Of a stretch of 64,000 nucleotides of DNA, positions 1-9,815 are shown piece after piece. The first letter of the stretch is position 1, and each line of letters opens with the position of its first letter. The DNA is from Acidobacteriota bacterium (lineage in GTDB: Bacteria; Acidobacteriota; UBA890; WLXD01), in assembly GCA_965205505.1 (NCBI GenBank), contig CBDBHB010000008.1, positions 224,001-288,000 on the forward strand, written 5' to 3'. Under the pieces are notes generated by a model, which saw only the letters and a list, made by a program, of their open reading frames with translations, was not told the origin of the DNA and did not search any database. The position numbers and the translations under genes are program-made.

Positions 1-347
1 TCGCTCAGGCTACGGAAGGCCTCGGTGATCGCCGCCACCGCAACGTCCAACGCCTCCCCCTCCTCGACTCTCGGAGTGCGCACCAGAATCTCGTTAGAAC
101 CCTGCTCGAACTCCTGGATGGTGGCCTCGGCCAGGCCCGATTCGGCCAGCGCGCGACGCAGCGTGACGAGGTCGGGAGGCTGGGCGAACTTTGCCACGAT
201 CTGTGATCCGCCGGCGAAATCGATGCCCAGGGCCGGGCCTCGCACGAAGAAGGCCACCAGCCCTGCGCCGATCACGATCGCAGAAGCAACCAGGGCAATG
301 TGGCGCATTCCGAGAAAGTCGAGATGGGTGGTGCGGAGAAGCCGCAT
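1..347 (-). CDS. secF: Protein translocase subunit SecF, N-terminal part (runs off window)
   Basis: Read manually on the minus strand: MRLLRTTHLDFLGMRH...GIDFAGG motif; directly downstream of secD. Confidence 0.9.
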   Translation of the reverse strand, partial: MRLLRTTHLDFLGMRHIALVASAIVIGAGLVAFFVRGPALGIDFAGGSQIVAKFAQPPDLVTLRRALAESGLAEATIQEFEQGSNEILVRTPRVEEGEALDVAVAAITEAFRSLS

Positions 348-358
348 CGAATCGCCGT

Positions 359-1897
359 TCAGATGCTGAGCGCCCGCGGGCGCTGTCGGGTCCACAGGTC
401 GAAGAGCACTCTGGAGACGAAGATCGCGGTAAACATCGATGCCAGGATGCCGATCGAGATCGTTACCGCGAAGCCTTTCACCGGGCCGGTACCGAACTGG
501 AAGAGGAACACGGCGGCGATCAACGTCGTGATGTTGGCGTCGACGATGGCCGAGAATGCCTTGGCGAAGCCGGAATCGATCGACGCTCGCACCGTCTTGC
601 CGACATCGAGCTCCTCGCGAATACGCTCGAAGATCAACACGTTGGCGTCGACCGCCATGCCGATGAGCAAGATGATGCCGGCGATGCCTGGCAACGTTAG
701 CGTCGCCCCGAGGGCGTTCATCACACCCAACACGATCACCATGTTGAGCGTCAGCGCGACCACGGCGTTGATGCCGGCCCCGCGGTAATAAACCAGCATG
801 AAAGCAACCACGATCGCGAATCCGACGGCGGCCGACAGCACCCCGCGATTAATGGACTCTCTACCGAGCGAGGGGCCCACCGACCGCTCTTCGAGATAGC
901 GGATCGAAGCGGGAAGCGCACCCGAGCGCAGCACCAGCGCAAGATCCTCGGCTTCGGCAACGGTGAAGCGCCCCGAGATCTGTCCGTCGCCAGCAATGCG
1001 GCTTTCGATGACCGGGGCCGAGTAGATCTCGTCGTCGAGAACGATGGCCAGTTGGCGGCCGATGTTGGCGCCTGTGTACGCGGCGAACTTCCGCGCTCCA
1101 TCAGCGTTGAGCGAGAAGCTGACGGCCGGAAGGCCGAGATCGTCCTGACTCATACGGGCGCTTCTGAGATCGCGGCCGGTAACGACCGGCTCCCCCTGGA
1201 CCACGTAGAAACCCACCGGGAGCCCGTCTTCGGGCTTGGCAGCGAGGAGCTCCGTGTTCGGCGCCATGCTGCCACCACTGGCGGCGATGAGCTCCTGTCG
1301 GGTGAGCGCCGGCCCTGCCACGACCGTCTTCAACTCGAGCAGCGCCGTGTTACGCAGGAGCGCCTTCACTCGCTCTGGGTTCTCCACTCCGGGCAGCTGC
1401 ACCAGAAGACGATCACCGGTCAGACCTTGGCGTTGGATCACCGGCTCGCTGACACCGTAGCCGTCCACACGATTGCGGATCGTCTGCAGAGCCTGGCGAA
1501 CCGCGCCATCGCGTACCGCGGCGTCCGCCGCGCTCAACAGCGTCAAGTCGATCGTTCGATCGTTTCGGTCGACGCTGTAGGTATTGGGGAAATACTCGGC
1601 CACGAGCTGGACGACCCGATCGGCGTCGCCGTCACCGGAGGCAACGATCGTAGCGCCGCCAAGTCCATCGACGGAGGCATCGTCGATCGACACCGCTTCG
1701 TCCGTGAACAGCCGCCGCAGCGAGTCGAGGTTATCGCGCAACTCGGCGGCAATGGCCTCCTCGGTTTCGACGCGGAGCAGCAGATGAATGCCTCCGCGCA
1801 GGTCGAGGCCGAGCTTCACATCCTCGGTGAAGGCAAGGAACGCGAACACCGCCACGATCGCCACGATCACGATGACCTTCACGCGCAATTCCTGCAT
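359..1897 (-). CDS. secD: Protein translocase subunit SecD
   Basis: LGLDLRGG, VQLPG, LRSGALP, GMAVDANVLIFERIREE motifs. Confidence 0.97.
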   Translation of the reverse strand: MQELRVKVIVIVAIVAVFAFLAFTEDVKLGLDLRGGIHLLLRVETEEAIAAELRDNLDSLRRLFTDEAVSIDDASVDGLGGATIVASGDGDADRVVQLVAEYFPNTYSVDRNDRTIDLTLLSAADAAVRDGAVRQALQTIRNRVDGYGVSEPVIQRQGLTGDRLLVQLPGVENPERVKALLRNTALLELKTVVAGPALTRQELIAASGGSMAPNTELLAAKPEDGLPVGFYVVQGEPVVTGRDLRSARMSQDDLGLPAVSFSLNADGARKFAAYTGANIGRQLAIVLDDEIYSAPVIESRIAGDGQISGRFTVAEAEDLALVLRSGALPASIRYLEERSVGPSLGRESINRGVLSAAVGFAIVVAFMLVYYRGAGINAVVALTLNMVIVLGVMNALGATLTLPGIAGIILLIGMAVDANVLIFERIREELDVGKTVRASIDSGFAKAFSAIVDANITTLIAAVFLFQFGTGPVKGFAVTISIGILASMFTAIFVSRVLFDLWTRQRPRALSI

Positions 1898-1917
1898 TCT
1901 CTTCCCCTCCAGGGGAT

Positions 1918-1943
1918 CTAGTGTCCTGCCTAACAGAGCCTAG
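1918..1943. repeat. Short remnant of MITE end type A between two CTAGs
   Basis: CTAGTGTCCTGCCTAACAGAGCCTAG resembles the type-A end CTAGTGTCCTGTAACAGAG at 19845; second CTAG contains the yajC stop. Confidence 0.65.
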
Positions 1944-2224
1944 TCCGAGTTGTCGGCGAGGCCGGCGATACTCTGCTTGGTTACGTCGACCTTCACCTGA
2001 TGGGCGATCTTGAGCCGAAAACGGTCGTCCTGAATGCCCACCACGGTGCCGTACAGGCCGCCGTTCGTCACGACTTTGTCGCCGTTCTTCAAGTTGGCGA
2101 CGAGATCGTCGTGCTGACGCTGTCGCTTACGTACCGGAGCGATCAGCAAAAAGTAGAAGATCAGGACCATCGCAACGATCGGGATCAGCCCGGTGATCGG
2201 GCTCTGGCCCGGCGCGGCGGCCAT
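1940..2224 (-). CDS. yajC: Preprotein translocase subunit YajC (start approximate)
   Basis: IFYFLLIAP...LKNGDKVVTNGGLYG; tgt-yajC-secDF synteny. Confidence 0.93.
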   Translation of the reverse strand: MAAAPGQSPITGLIPIVAMVLIFYFLLIAPVRKRQRQHDDLVANLKNGDKVVTNGGLYGTVVGIQDDRFRLKIAHQVKVDVTKQSIAGLADNSD

Positions 2225-2307
2225 CAGCAGTAGGGAGTGCAGCGAACTCTCTCCAGCGAGAGCCGGAACTACCTCCGGCGCGGCGATGGGATCGGCGTCT
2301 CGAAGCG

Positions 2308-3426
2308 CTAACGATCTTCGCTCGAGCGGCCGCAATACGACGTCGCGGCGCGCATTTCCGCGAACGCGCCGGAGCCGATAGCGTGCCGGATGCGCCTCAT
2401 GGTGTCAAGGTAGTGCCATAGGTTGTGGATCGTCATCAGCACGCCTCCGAGCATTTCCCCACGCAGCTTCAGATGACGCAGATATGCCCGACTGTACCGC
2501 TCGCAGGTGGGACATTCGCAGGTGGCATCGAGCGGCCCGTCGTCGCTCGCGTGGCGCGCGTGGCGTACGGTCACTGTCCCGTTACTGGTGAACGCGACTC
2601 CGTTTCGCGCGTGGCGCGTCGGCATGACGCAATCGAACAGGTCCACACCGTGCGCCACTGCCTCGATCAGGTCATCCGGTGTTCCCATACCCATCACATA
2701 GCGCGGTCGATCAGTTGGCAGCACACCTGTTGCGGCACTCAAGGCGGCCCAGGTCTGCCCCTTCGACTCGCCGACGGCGAGGCCCCCGATCCCGTAGCCG
2801 TCGAACTCGAGCGCCGCGAGCTGGCGCGCATGCGCCTCGCGTAGCTCCGGGTAGACGCTTCCCTGGACGATGCCAAAGAGTCCTCCTGCAAGCTTTCCGG
2901 CGAGCGGCCGGCTGCGCTCCGCCCACATCAGGCTGCGGCGCACCGCGCGGGCCGCGTCTACGTATTCGGCGGGGCTGGCGATGCATTCATCGAGCACCAT
3001 CGCCACGTCTACGCCCAGCATCGCCTGGATCTCGACCACCAGCTCCGGCGTGAGGCGACGGTATTGCCCATCGAGGGGCGAGTGGAATGTCACACCGTCG
3101 TCGTCGATGCTGCGGCGATCGGCCAACGACATCACCTGATATCCGCCGCTGTCAGTAAGAATTGGTGCCGTCCAGCCCATGAATCGATGAATTCCGCCGA
3201 CCTCGCGGATGATCTCGGCGCCCGGCCGCTCCCAAAGGTGATATGCGTTGGCCAGCAGAATCTGCACCCCGAGCCGCTCGAGCTGCTCGGCGGGCATACC
3301 CTTGACGGCGCCGTACGTGCCGACGGGCATGAAAGCCGGCGTCTGGATGCAGCCATGCGGGGTCTGCAGTTGCCCCGTACGTGCTCCGGAGCCGGCGTCC
3401 TTGCGCTCGACACCGAAGGCGATCAC
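2308..3426 (-). CDS. tgt: tRNA-guanine transglycosylase
   Basis: TPAFMPVGT, LTDSGGYQ, GIVQG, CECPTC zinc site; GTG start overlapping thiL stop. Confidence 0.96.
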   Translation of the reverse strand: MIAFGVERKDAGSGARTGQLQTPHGCIQTPAFMPVGTYGAVKGMPAEQLERLGVQILLANAYHLWERPGAEIIREVGGIHRFMGWTAPILTDSGGYQVMSLADRRSIDDDGVTFHSPLDGQYRRLTPELVVEIQAMLGVDVAMVLDECIASPAEYVDAARAVRRSLMWAERSRPLAGKLAGGLFGIVQGSVYPELREAHARQLAALEFDGYGIGGLAVGESKGQTWAALSAATGVLPTDRPRYVMGMGTPDDLIEAVAHGVDLFDCVMPTRHARNGVAFTSNGTVTVRHARHASDDGPLDATCECPTCERYSRAYLRHLKLRGEMLGGVLMTIHNLWHYLDTMRRIRHAIGSGAFAEMRAATSYCGRSSEDR

Positions 3427-4448
3427 CCGGGTGCTCCAGCTGCAAACGGGTCCCAGCCGGCAGGCGTCAAAGGTTCGTCGGCATCCCCGATGCGGATGGT
3501 CAATCCATTGGCGGCTGTGACGAACACACCGATGCGCCGGGCGTTCAGCTCGAAGCGATCCGCGGCGGCAGCAAGGTCGTCCTGGCGGTCGTTGTCGCAC
3601 GAGCAGATGAGCGCGTAGTCGTCGCCCCCGCCAACCGCAAGCTCTAGCGCCGAGCTGCTGAGCTGGTTAGCCAAAGCCGCGAGGTCTGGATCCACCAACG
3701 CGTCGCCCTCCAGCGCCACGCCGACACGCGACGCGGCGCACAACCGACTCAAGTCGAGGCCAAGCCCGTCGCTGACGTCCATCATCGCGCCGACCAGCCG
3801 ACGCTCGGCGACGTGGCTGGCGAAGGATAGCGGCGGCGTCGGCATGCGATATGCCTCGATACTTCGTTGCGCCAGCGGGTCTGTCGTTTCGGTGGCGCCG
3901 GCGCCCAGCAGCAGCCGGCCGGCGGCAGCCAACCCGAGGTCGCCGATCACCCAACAGGCATCTCCGGCGACCGCCCGATCGCGTAGCGTTGGCGGTACGC
4001 CTTCGGCGAGGGTCCCTCCGGCGCAAAGGCATAGCCCCACACCGCGCGCCGAGACCGTCACATCGCCGCCGATCGTAGGACATCCAAGCTCGCGTCCGCC
4101 GTCGCGCAGGCCACGGACGAGCTCATCCAGCCAGTCGACCCCGAGCTCGCCCGGCAGCTCCAGCGCGCACAGGGCCCATGTGGGGCTGGCTCCCATTGCC
4201 CCCAGGTCGCTGACGCAAACGGCGAGCGCGCGCCGACCCAGCGCCCACGGTGACAGCCACGAGCGTCGGAAGTGAACGCCTTCGGTCTGACGGTCGGTTG
4301 TCAACACCAGGCGTCGCGACGACATGTCGATTACCGCAGCATCGTCACCCGGTCCGACCTCGAGACCCGGCACACCTGTCTCTAAGCCAGACCGGATGCG
4401 CTCCACAAGCTCCAGTTCACCGATCTCGTCCACATTCGTCGGCCTCAC
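3423..4448 (-). CDS. thiL: Thiamine-monophosphate kinase
   Basis: GPGDDAAV, SDLGAMGA, GGDVT, DVSDGL, GGDDY motifs. Confidence 0.93.
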   Translation of the reverse strand: MRPTNVDEIGELELVERIRSGLETGVPGLEVGPGDDAAVIDMSSRRLVLTTDRQTEGVHFRRSWLSPWALGRRALAVCVSDLGAMGASPTWALCALELPGELGVDWLDELVRGLRDGGRELGCPTIGGDVTVSARGVGLCLCAGGTLAEGVPPTLRDRAVAGDACWVIGDLGLAAAGRLLLGAGATETTDPLAQRSIEAYRMPTPPLSFASHVAERRLVGAMMDVSDGLGLDLSRLCAASRVGVALEGDALVDPDLAALANQLSSSALELAVGGGDDYALICSCDNDRQDDLAAAADRFELNARRIGVFVTAANGLTIRIGDADEPLTPAGWDPFAAGAPG

Positions 4449-5650
4449 CTCGCGCCCCCCTCTCGACTGACGCTCGGTCGAGCCTGCGTGCGTGCCCAGG
4501 CACGGGCGTTCTGGGCCGTTCGCCATCGGCGCATGATCTGCCCTAGCGCCAGCTCGCGTAGAAGGCGGCCTAACTGCGGACCAGGGCTCATGCCCCACGA
4601 GATCAGATCGTCGCCAGTGACCCAGCGCGACTCCGCGGCGCGCTGGGCGGCACGATACAGCTCGGCCCCCTGGTTGGTGGGGCGCAGGCGTGAAGCCAGC
4701 GCGCTGGCGTCAACCGCCGCGCCGGGGTCACGCAACGACCATGCGGCCAACCGTTCGGACGAAGCATCGTCGCAGGCGCGGGTCCAACAGGCGACGCGCT
4801 CGGCGCTGCGCACCTGTGCCGGTGGCCAGCGCCCATCGAGCAGGCGTGCCACCACCACGTCGATACCGACCTCGGCAGCCAAGTCGAGAATCAGCGCTCC
4901 CAACCGGCCGCGCAGCTGCGGAGGATCGAGACGCAGTTCCGCTTCGGTCGCCGCCCAGGCGTCGACGGCGGCATAGCCACTCAGCTCACCCAGCGTCGGT
5001 CCACACACGCCCAACTCGCTGCCCAGGCGCAAGGCGCCGCACCAGTTCGCGGAGCCGAGGTTCAGACTCCACTCGGCCTGCGTGCGCTCACGCGCGACGC
5101 CGGCGAGCTGCGCCGCGGCAGACGAGACGGCGTCGGCAGTCGAATTCTCCAGACGAAAGCCTGGGAGATCGGTAGCATACCGAACGGCGCGCAGGGCGCG
5201 GAGCGGGTCCGCGGCGACCACGCCCGGAGATGTTTCCCGCAGGCGTCCGGAGAGGATGTCGGGCAGGCCGCCGTGCGGGTCGACGAGCGCCGATTCCGGA
5301 TCTTCCACTCGACTCATCGGCACCGCCAGAGCGTTGACACTGAAATCACGCCGGGCAAGGTCCTGCTCGAGACTACCGTGGCTACGCGCGACGTCGACCT
5401 GGATGCCCTTCCAGCGGAACCGGTGTGTTTGCTGAAACGCGTCGCCGATATCTGCCGGGCGCGCGCCGCGTGCCGCCTCGATGGCATCGAGATAGCGTTC
5501 GAAACCCTTCTCCACCACCAGATCCAGGTCTGTCGGTGCTCGCCCGAGCAACACGTCTCGGATGGCCCCTCCAACCAGCGCCACCGTGATTCCGTCGGCC
5601 GCGAGGGCCGCGAGGGGCGCCAGAGGAACCTCGGCAAGCAGGCGCGCCAA
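4445..5650 (-). CDS. CCA tRNA nucleotidyltransferase / poly(A) polymerase family protein
   Basis: VGGAIRD..DLD, DLARRDFSVNAL, DPLRALRAVRY; start approximate (TTG). Confidence 0.88.
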   Translation of the reverse strand: MARLLAEVPLAPLAALAADGITVALVGGAIRDVLLGRAPTDLDLVVEKGFERYLDAIEAARGARPADIGDAFQQTHRFRWKGIQVDVARSHGSLEQDLARRDFSVNALAVPMSRVEDPESALVDPHGGLPDILSGRLRETSPGVVAADPLRALRAVRYATDLPGFRLENSTADAVSSAAAQLAGVARERTQAEWSLNLGSANWCGALRLGSELGVCGPTLGELSGYAAVDAWAATEAELRLDPPQLRGRLGALILDLAAEVGIDVVVARLLDGRWPPAQVRSAERVACWTRACDDASSERLAAWSLRDPGAAVDASALASRLRPTNQGAELYRAAQRAAESRWVTGDDLISWGMSPGPQLGRLLRELALGQIMRRWRTAQNARAWARTQARPSVSREGGAR

Positions 5651-5675
5651 CCCCTGCCAATCTGCGCGACGCGCC

Positions 5676-6134
5676 TCAGGTTTGCTGGTCGAGGAGGGTC
5701 TTGAGTTCCTCCATGAACGCATTGACATCCCTGAAGTGACGGTACACCGAGGCGAACCGAACGTAGGCGATCTCATCGAGGTTCCTGAGGCGATCCATCA
5801 CCATCTCCCCGATCTCCTGGCTGTCGATTTCGCGCCCGCTGCCCTCCTGCGCCCGAGTCTCGACCTGATCGCAGATGGCTTCCAACTCCTGGGCGGGAAC
5901 CGGACGCTTCTCGCAGGCGCGCATGATTCCAGACAGCAGCTTGCCTCGATCGAAGCGCTCGCGGCTACCGTCCTTTTTCACCACAACGATGGGCACCACC
6001 TCGATCTGCTCGTAGGTGGTCATCCGACGGCCGCATTCCAGGCACTCCCGCCTCCGCCGAATCACATTGCCTTCGCGCACCTCGCGCGAGTCGACCACCT
6101 TGTCGTTGTTGTGACCGCAGTAGGGGCACTTCAT
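5676..6134 (-). CDS. nrdR: Transcriptional repressor NrdR
   Basis: [23 protein letters not shown] cone, AYVRFASVY. Confidence 0.97.
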   Translation of the reverse strand: MKCPYCGHNNDKVVDSREVREGNVIRRRRECLECGRRMTTYEQIEVVPIVVVKKDGSRERFDRGKLLSGIMRACEKRPVPAQELEAICDQVETRAQEGSGREIDSQEIGEMVMDRLRNLDEIAYVRFASVYRHFRDVNAFMEELKTLLDQQT

Positions 6135-6212
6135 GGCACGCAGGCCTATTATCGTGGGCAACGCGGTCCCCGCACCGCGTCAAAGACATGGAACGGATTA
6201 TAACGCCCGGTC

Positions 6213-6399
6213 CTAGTGTCCTGAGTCAGGAATCCGTTGCATATTGCTGGCCCAGCCTTCCGGGTGGCGGCGGGACCGGCCGCCTCCGGCGTCGGCGCTC
6301 CTCGACGATGCTCATTGCATCGCTGTCGTCGCGCCTCCTGGGATCCGGCTCGGTCGCGCTCGCCACAATATGCAACGGATTCCTGACTCAGGACACTAG
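6213..6399. mobile_element. MITE, end type A (single-arm, 187 bp)
   Basis: Perfect 34-bp inverted ends CTAGTGTCCTGAGTCAGGAATCCGTTGCATATTG (6213-6246 / 6366-6399) including flanking CTAG; internal hairpin; no credible ORF. Confidence 0.9.
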
Positions 6400-7416
6400 T
6401 TCAGCGGCTCGCCCGGCGACTCACCCAGACGACGTAGCGCCGCGAACGTGAGTCCCTCACGCGCCAGCAACAGCGCTCCGAGAGCTCCCAGCGGCAGGAA
6501 GCCGATGGTGTGGCTAACGATCGCAAACGCCACGGCAACATCATTGTCGACCCCGAACAACGTCACGAGCCCGATCTGCGCCGCCTTATGGAAGGCACCG
6601 ACAGCCGCCGGTGTCGGCACCACCACACCGACGACCAACAGGGCGACGAGCGGAATCGAAGCGTAGGCGGGCAGGTCGATGCGAAAGGCCCAGAACATCA
6701 CCACGTACATCGAATGTATGACGCCCCACAGCAGCATCGAGCTGGCGATGATGCGCGCCACCAACCAGGGACTCCGCAGCCCTGACATGCCCTCCAGGAA
6801 CGAAGCCGCGATCGACGACACCCGCGCTGGCAGCCAGGACTCCGCCAGGGCTTCGTAGCGCGCGTGCAACGCCGCGTTGCGGCTCGCGGCGACGACGACA
6901 ACTCCCCCCGTCGCGATCCCGACCGCGCCCAGCATACCCGCCAGGCGAATCGCGTCGAACACCGCGGCAGCATCGCCTTCGAGGCGCGGCGGCGGCGGAA
7001 AGACGGCCAGATAGATGCCCAGATAGAGCACCACGGCTACCACGTCGAATACGCGCTCCAGCACCACCGAGCCTATGGCTGCACTGGCGCGAATCGGTGT
7101 ACGCCGCGCCAACAGAACCGGGCGCACGATCTCGCCCAGGCGACCGGGGAGGACCACCGACACCGTCCACCCCATGAGAGTGCACTCGACCAGGGGCCGC
7201 AAGCCGACAGTACCGAGAGGTGACAGCAGCTGCCGCCAGCGCCACGCGCGCGGTAACGTGGTCAGCAAGATGGCGCCCAGCGCCGCCAGAATCCACAACG
7301 GATCGGCATCGCGTAGGGGCCTTCCAGACTTCTCGGAGGTCAGCCTGTCGAAGAAACAGCCAGACGAGACCGGCAGCCAACAGCAATCCGACGACGAGCT
7401 GGGTCCGACGGGACAT
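6396..7416 (-). pseudogene. Lysylphosphatidylglycerol synthase-like TM (UPF0104/flippase) protein with a +1 frameshift
   Basis: N-terminus MSRRTQLVVGLLLAAGLVWLFLRQADL is in one frame and RAWRWRQLL...PGRLGE..R...ERVFD in another; shift at the GGGG run 7316-7319; could be a sequencing error. Confidence 0.75.
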
Positions 7417-7555
7417 GGAATTCCTGACCTCGCAGGTGCAACTGATCTCCCGGCGCGCAACGGTAGACGCTACCTGGACCGTTGGCAAACGCGACCTGGT
7501 AAACTCCCGCAGCCCAGCCATCCACGAGGATCCGTGCGAGAGACCGGCGCCCACG

Positions 7556-8299
7556 ATGTCTAGCCAAGCCGACGTCGCCGCGGCCATCGTGTCCGCCGGC
7601 CGGCGACTCTACGAGCGTCGAATCCTGGCGTCCTACGAAGGCAACCTGAGCGCCAGGATCGGATCCGATCGTGTGCTCACGACCGCCTCCGGTGTGCACA
7701 AAGGACGCCTGCGCGAGGCCGATCTGGTGCTCGTCGACCTGACCGGCAAGCCGTTGAGCGACGGCGCGCCGTCCTCAGAGCTGAAACTGCACTTGGCAAT
7801 CTACGAGGAGCGCCCTGAGCTACGCGCAGTGGTCCATGCGCATCCGCCGATCGCTACAGGCTACGCCGTCGCCGGCAAACAGCCTCCTGCCGCACTCGCT
7901 GAGGTCGTGGCGTTCTTGGGCTGCGTGCCGGTGGCGCCCTACGGCACCCCGTCGACGGCGGCGCTGGCGGATTCCGTGCGCGCTCCACTGCGCGACTTCG
8001 ACGTCGTGTTGCTCGCCAACCATGGTGCGGTAACGGTCGGAACCTCCCTCGAGAAGGCCGAGGAGCGCATGGTACAGTTGGAACACTTCGCTCAAATCGC
8101 GTTGGTGGCCCACTTGCTTGGCGGGCCCCAACATTTCAGTCATGAGCAGATCGAGGAGCTCTCCCAGCTGCGCGAAGCGGCTGGCGGTTCGCCCGTTCCA
8201 GCGATCTGCTACCCCTCAACCGATGAATCGGGCACCATTACGCTGAGTCACGATGAACTGGTCGGTCTGATCGCCGATGCATTACGCACGATCCGCTGA
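7556..8299 (+). CDS. Class II aldolase/adducin family protein with C-terminal extension
   Basis: [27 protein letters not shown] motifs. Confidence 0.92.
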   Translation: MSSQADVAAAIVSAGRRLYERRILASYEGNLSARIGSDRVLTTASGVHKGRLREADLVLVDLTGKPLSDGAPSSELKLHLAIYEERPELRAVVHAHPPIATGYAVAGKQPPAALAEVVAFLGCVPVAPYGTPSTAALADSVRAPLRDFDVVLLANHGAVTVGTSLEKAEERMVQLEHFAQIALVAHLLGGPQHFSHEQIEELSQLREAAGGSPVPAICYPSTDESGTITLSHDELVGLIADALRTIR

Positions 8300-8343
8300 A
8301 GTCTGCCGTCTCGGCAAACGGCTCGCACGAGGAGAAGCAGTCC

Positions 8344-8634
8344 ATGGGAGATTACGGAGAAGCCCTCGGAATGATCGAGACGCGGGGCTTCGTCGGAATG
8401 GTCGAGGCATCCGATGCCATGGTGAAGGCTGCCAAGGTAACGATGATCGGCTACGAGAAAGTTGGCGGCGGTCTGGTGACGGCCATCGTTCGAGGTGACG
8501 TGGCGGCGGTAAAGTCGGCGACCGACGCGGGCGCTGCGGCGGCGCGGCGCGTCGGCGAGCTGATCTCCGTCCATGTCATCCCGCGACCACACGATGGCCT
8601 CGAGGACTGCCTACCGATCGGCAAGAGCGACTAG
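8344..8634 (+). CDS. BMC-H shell hexamer protein (EutM/PduA-like)
   Basis: [31 protein letters not shown]. Confidence 0.97.
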   Translation: MGDYGEALGMIETRGFVGMVEASDAMVKAAKVTMIGYEKVGGGLVTAIVRGDVAAVKSATDAGAAAARRVGELISVHVIPRPHDGLEDCLPIGKSD

Positions 8635-8908
8635 TGGCCTGTAACAGATGATCGTTGCGTATCGTGGTGGCGAAATGGGTCCGGATGCCAGGCGCGACGA
8701 GGAGACGATGTTTGCCCATCTTGGAGGAGGAGCAACGCCGCAGACGGGCCGATTTCGCCGCCATCCTGCGGACAGATGGGCAGTTGCGGGCGATATCGGC
8801 GTTGCGCCTCGTCGACGATGCCCACTGCATCGCCTTCCTCGCCGCGCCTTGATCTCACCCGCAAATCCCATCTGCGATATGCAACGATCATCTGTTACAG
8901 GCCACTAG
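8631..8908. mobile_element. MITE, end type A (two-arm, 278 bp)
   Basis: 34-bp inverted ends CTAGTGGCCTGTAACAGATGATCGTTGC(G/A)TATCG with one mismatch; left CTAG contains the BMC-H stop; homologous copies at 12954 and 61108. Confidence 0.93.
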
Positions 8909-8925
8909 GAGCCGGAGAGGGGGCC

Positions 8926-9201
8926 GTGTTTATCGCTCGCGTGGTGGGCACAGTAGTCGCGACTCGCAAGGATCCGAAGCTGGTCGGAAGCCGGCTGTTG
9001 ATCGTCGTCCCGGTCGATGTGAACGGCGACGACGAGGACGGCTACCACGTGGCGCTGGATACGGTCGACGCGGGGTACCGAGAGACAGTCCTGTGCGTTC
9101 GCGGGTCGTCCGCTCGTATGGCCGAGGGGCTCGCTGACCGACCAGTCGACACCGCCATCGTCGGTATCGTCGACGAAACGCACGTCGACGAAGGGTCATA
9201 G
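8926..9201 (+). CDS. BMC-P vertex pentamer (EutN/CcmL family) 1
   Basis: ARVVGTVVATRK..VALDTVDAG..GSSAR..IVGIVD. Confidence 0.93.
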   Translation: MFIARVVGTVVATRKDPKLVGSRLLIVVPVDVNGDDEDGYHVALDTVDAGYRETVLCVRGSSARMAEGLADRPVDTAIVGIVDETHVDEGS

Positions 9202-9232
9202 ACACGACGGGCAACAAGACACGAGGCTCTCG

Positions 9233-9502
9233 ATGGACATAGCGCGCGTAATCGGCACGGTCGTCTGCACCGTGAAGGACAACACCCTAAAGGGTAGGAC
9301 TCTGCTACTGGTGCAACCGCTAACACCAGGCGGTACGAAGCAAGGTCGACCTCTCGTAGCGGTTGACTCGGTAGGCTCCGGCGTTGGCGAGACGGTGTTC
9401 TACGTCACCGGTCGTGAGGCCTCGTTCGCCTTTCTACCGGCCTCCGTCGTCGCCGATGTGTCGATCGTCGGCATCGTCGATAGCGTGTCGCACGCTTCAT
9501 GA
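9233..9502 (+). CDS. BMC-P vertex pentamer (EutN/CcmL family) 2
   Basis: ARVIGTVVCTVK..VAVDSVGSGVGE..GREAS..IVGIVD. Confidence 0.93.
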   Translation: MDIARVIGTVVCTVKDNTLKGRTLLLVQPLTPGGTKQGRPLVAVDSVGSGVGETVFYVTGREASFAFLPASVVADVSIVGIVDSVSHAS

Positions 9503-9771
9503 TCGTAGGACGGGTGGTGGGAAACGTCGTATCGACGCAGAAGCACCCCAAGTATTGCGCCAGCAAACTGTTACTCGTCCAGCCGCTCGGCCGAGGCGGA
9601 GACGATTCCGGCGTCCAGTTCATGGCAGTGGACAGTGTCGGTGCAGGAGCAGGCGAAACGGTCTTGGTGGTTGTCGAGGGCCGTTCTGCGAGCCAGGCCA
9701 TGGGAATCGACTTAGCTCCGGCCAACGCTGCGATCGTCGGCATCATCGATCAAATCGACTGGGGTTCTTAG
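9499..9771 (+). CDS. BMC-P vertex pentamer (EutN/CcmL family) 3
   Basis: GRVVGNVVSTQKH..AVDSVGAGAGE..EGRSA..IVGIID. Confidence 0.93.
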   Translation: MIVGRVVGNVVSTQKHPKYCASKLLLVQPLGRGGDDSGVQFMAVDSVGAGAGETVLVVVEGRSASQAMGIDLAPANAAIVGIIDQIDWGS

Positions 9772-9815
9772 CCCCGATCATCGACCGCCGGAGCGGGCGG
9801 CAAGGAGTATCGTTC

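Noticed and set aside
8576-8908. Short ORFs (e.g. MIVAYR...SSVTGH) repeated near 8.6, 13.2 and 61.2 kb
   Set aside because: They are translations of the MITE in several frames and are not preserved between copies; no evidence of a protein
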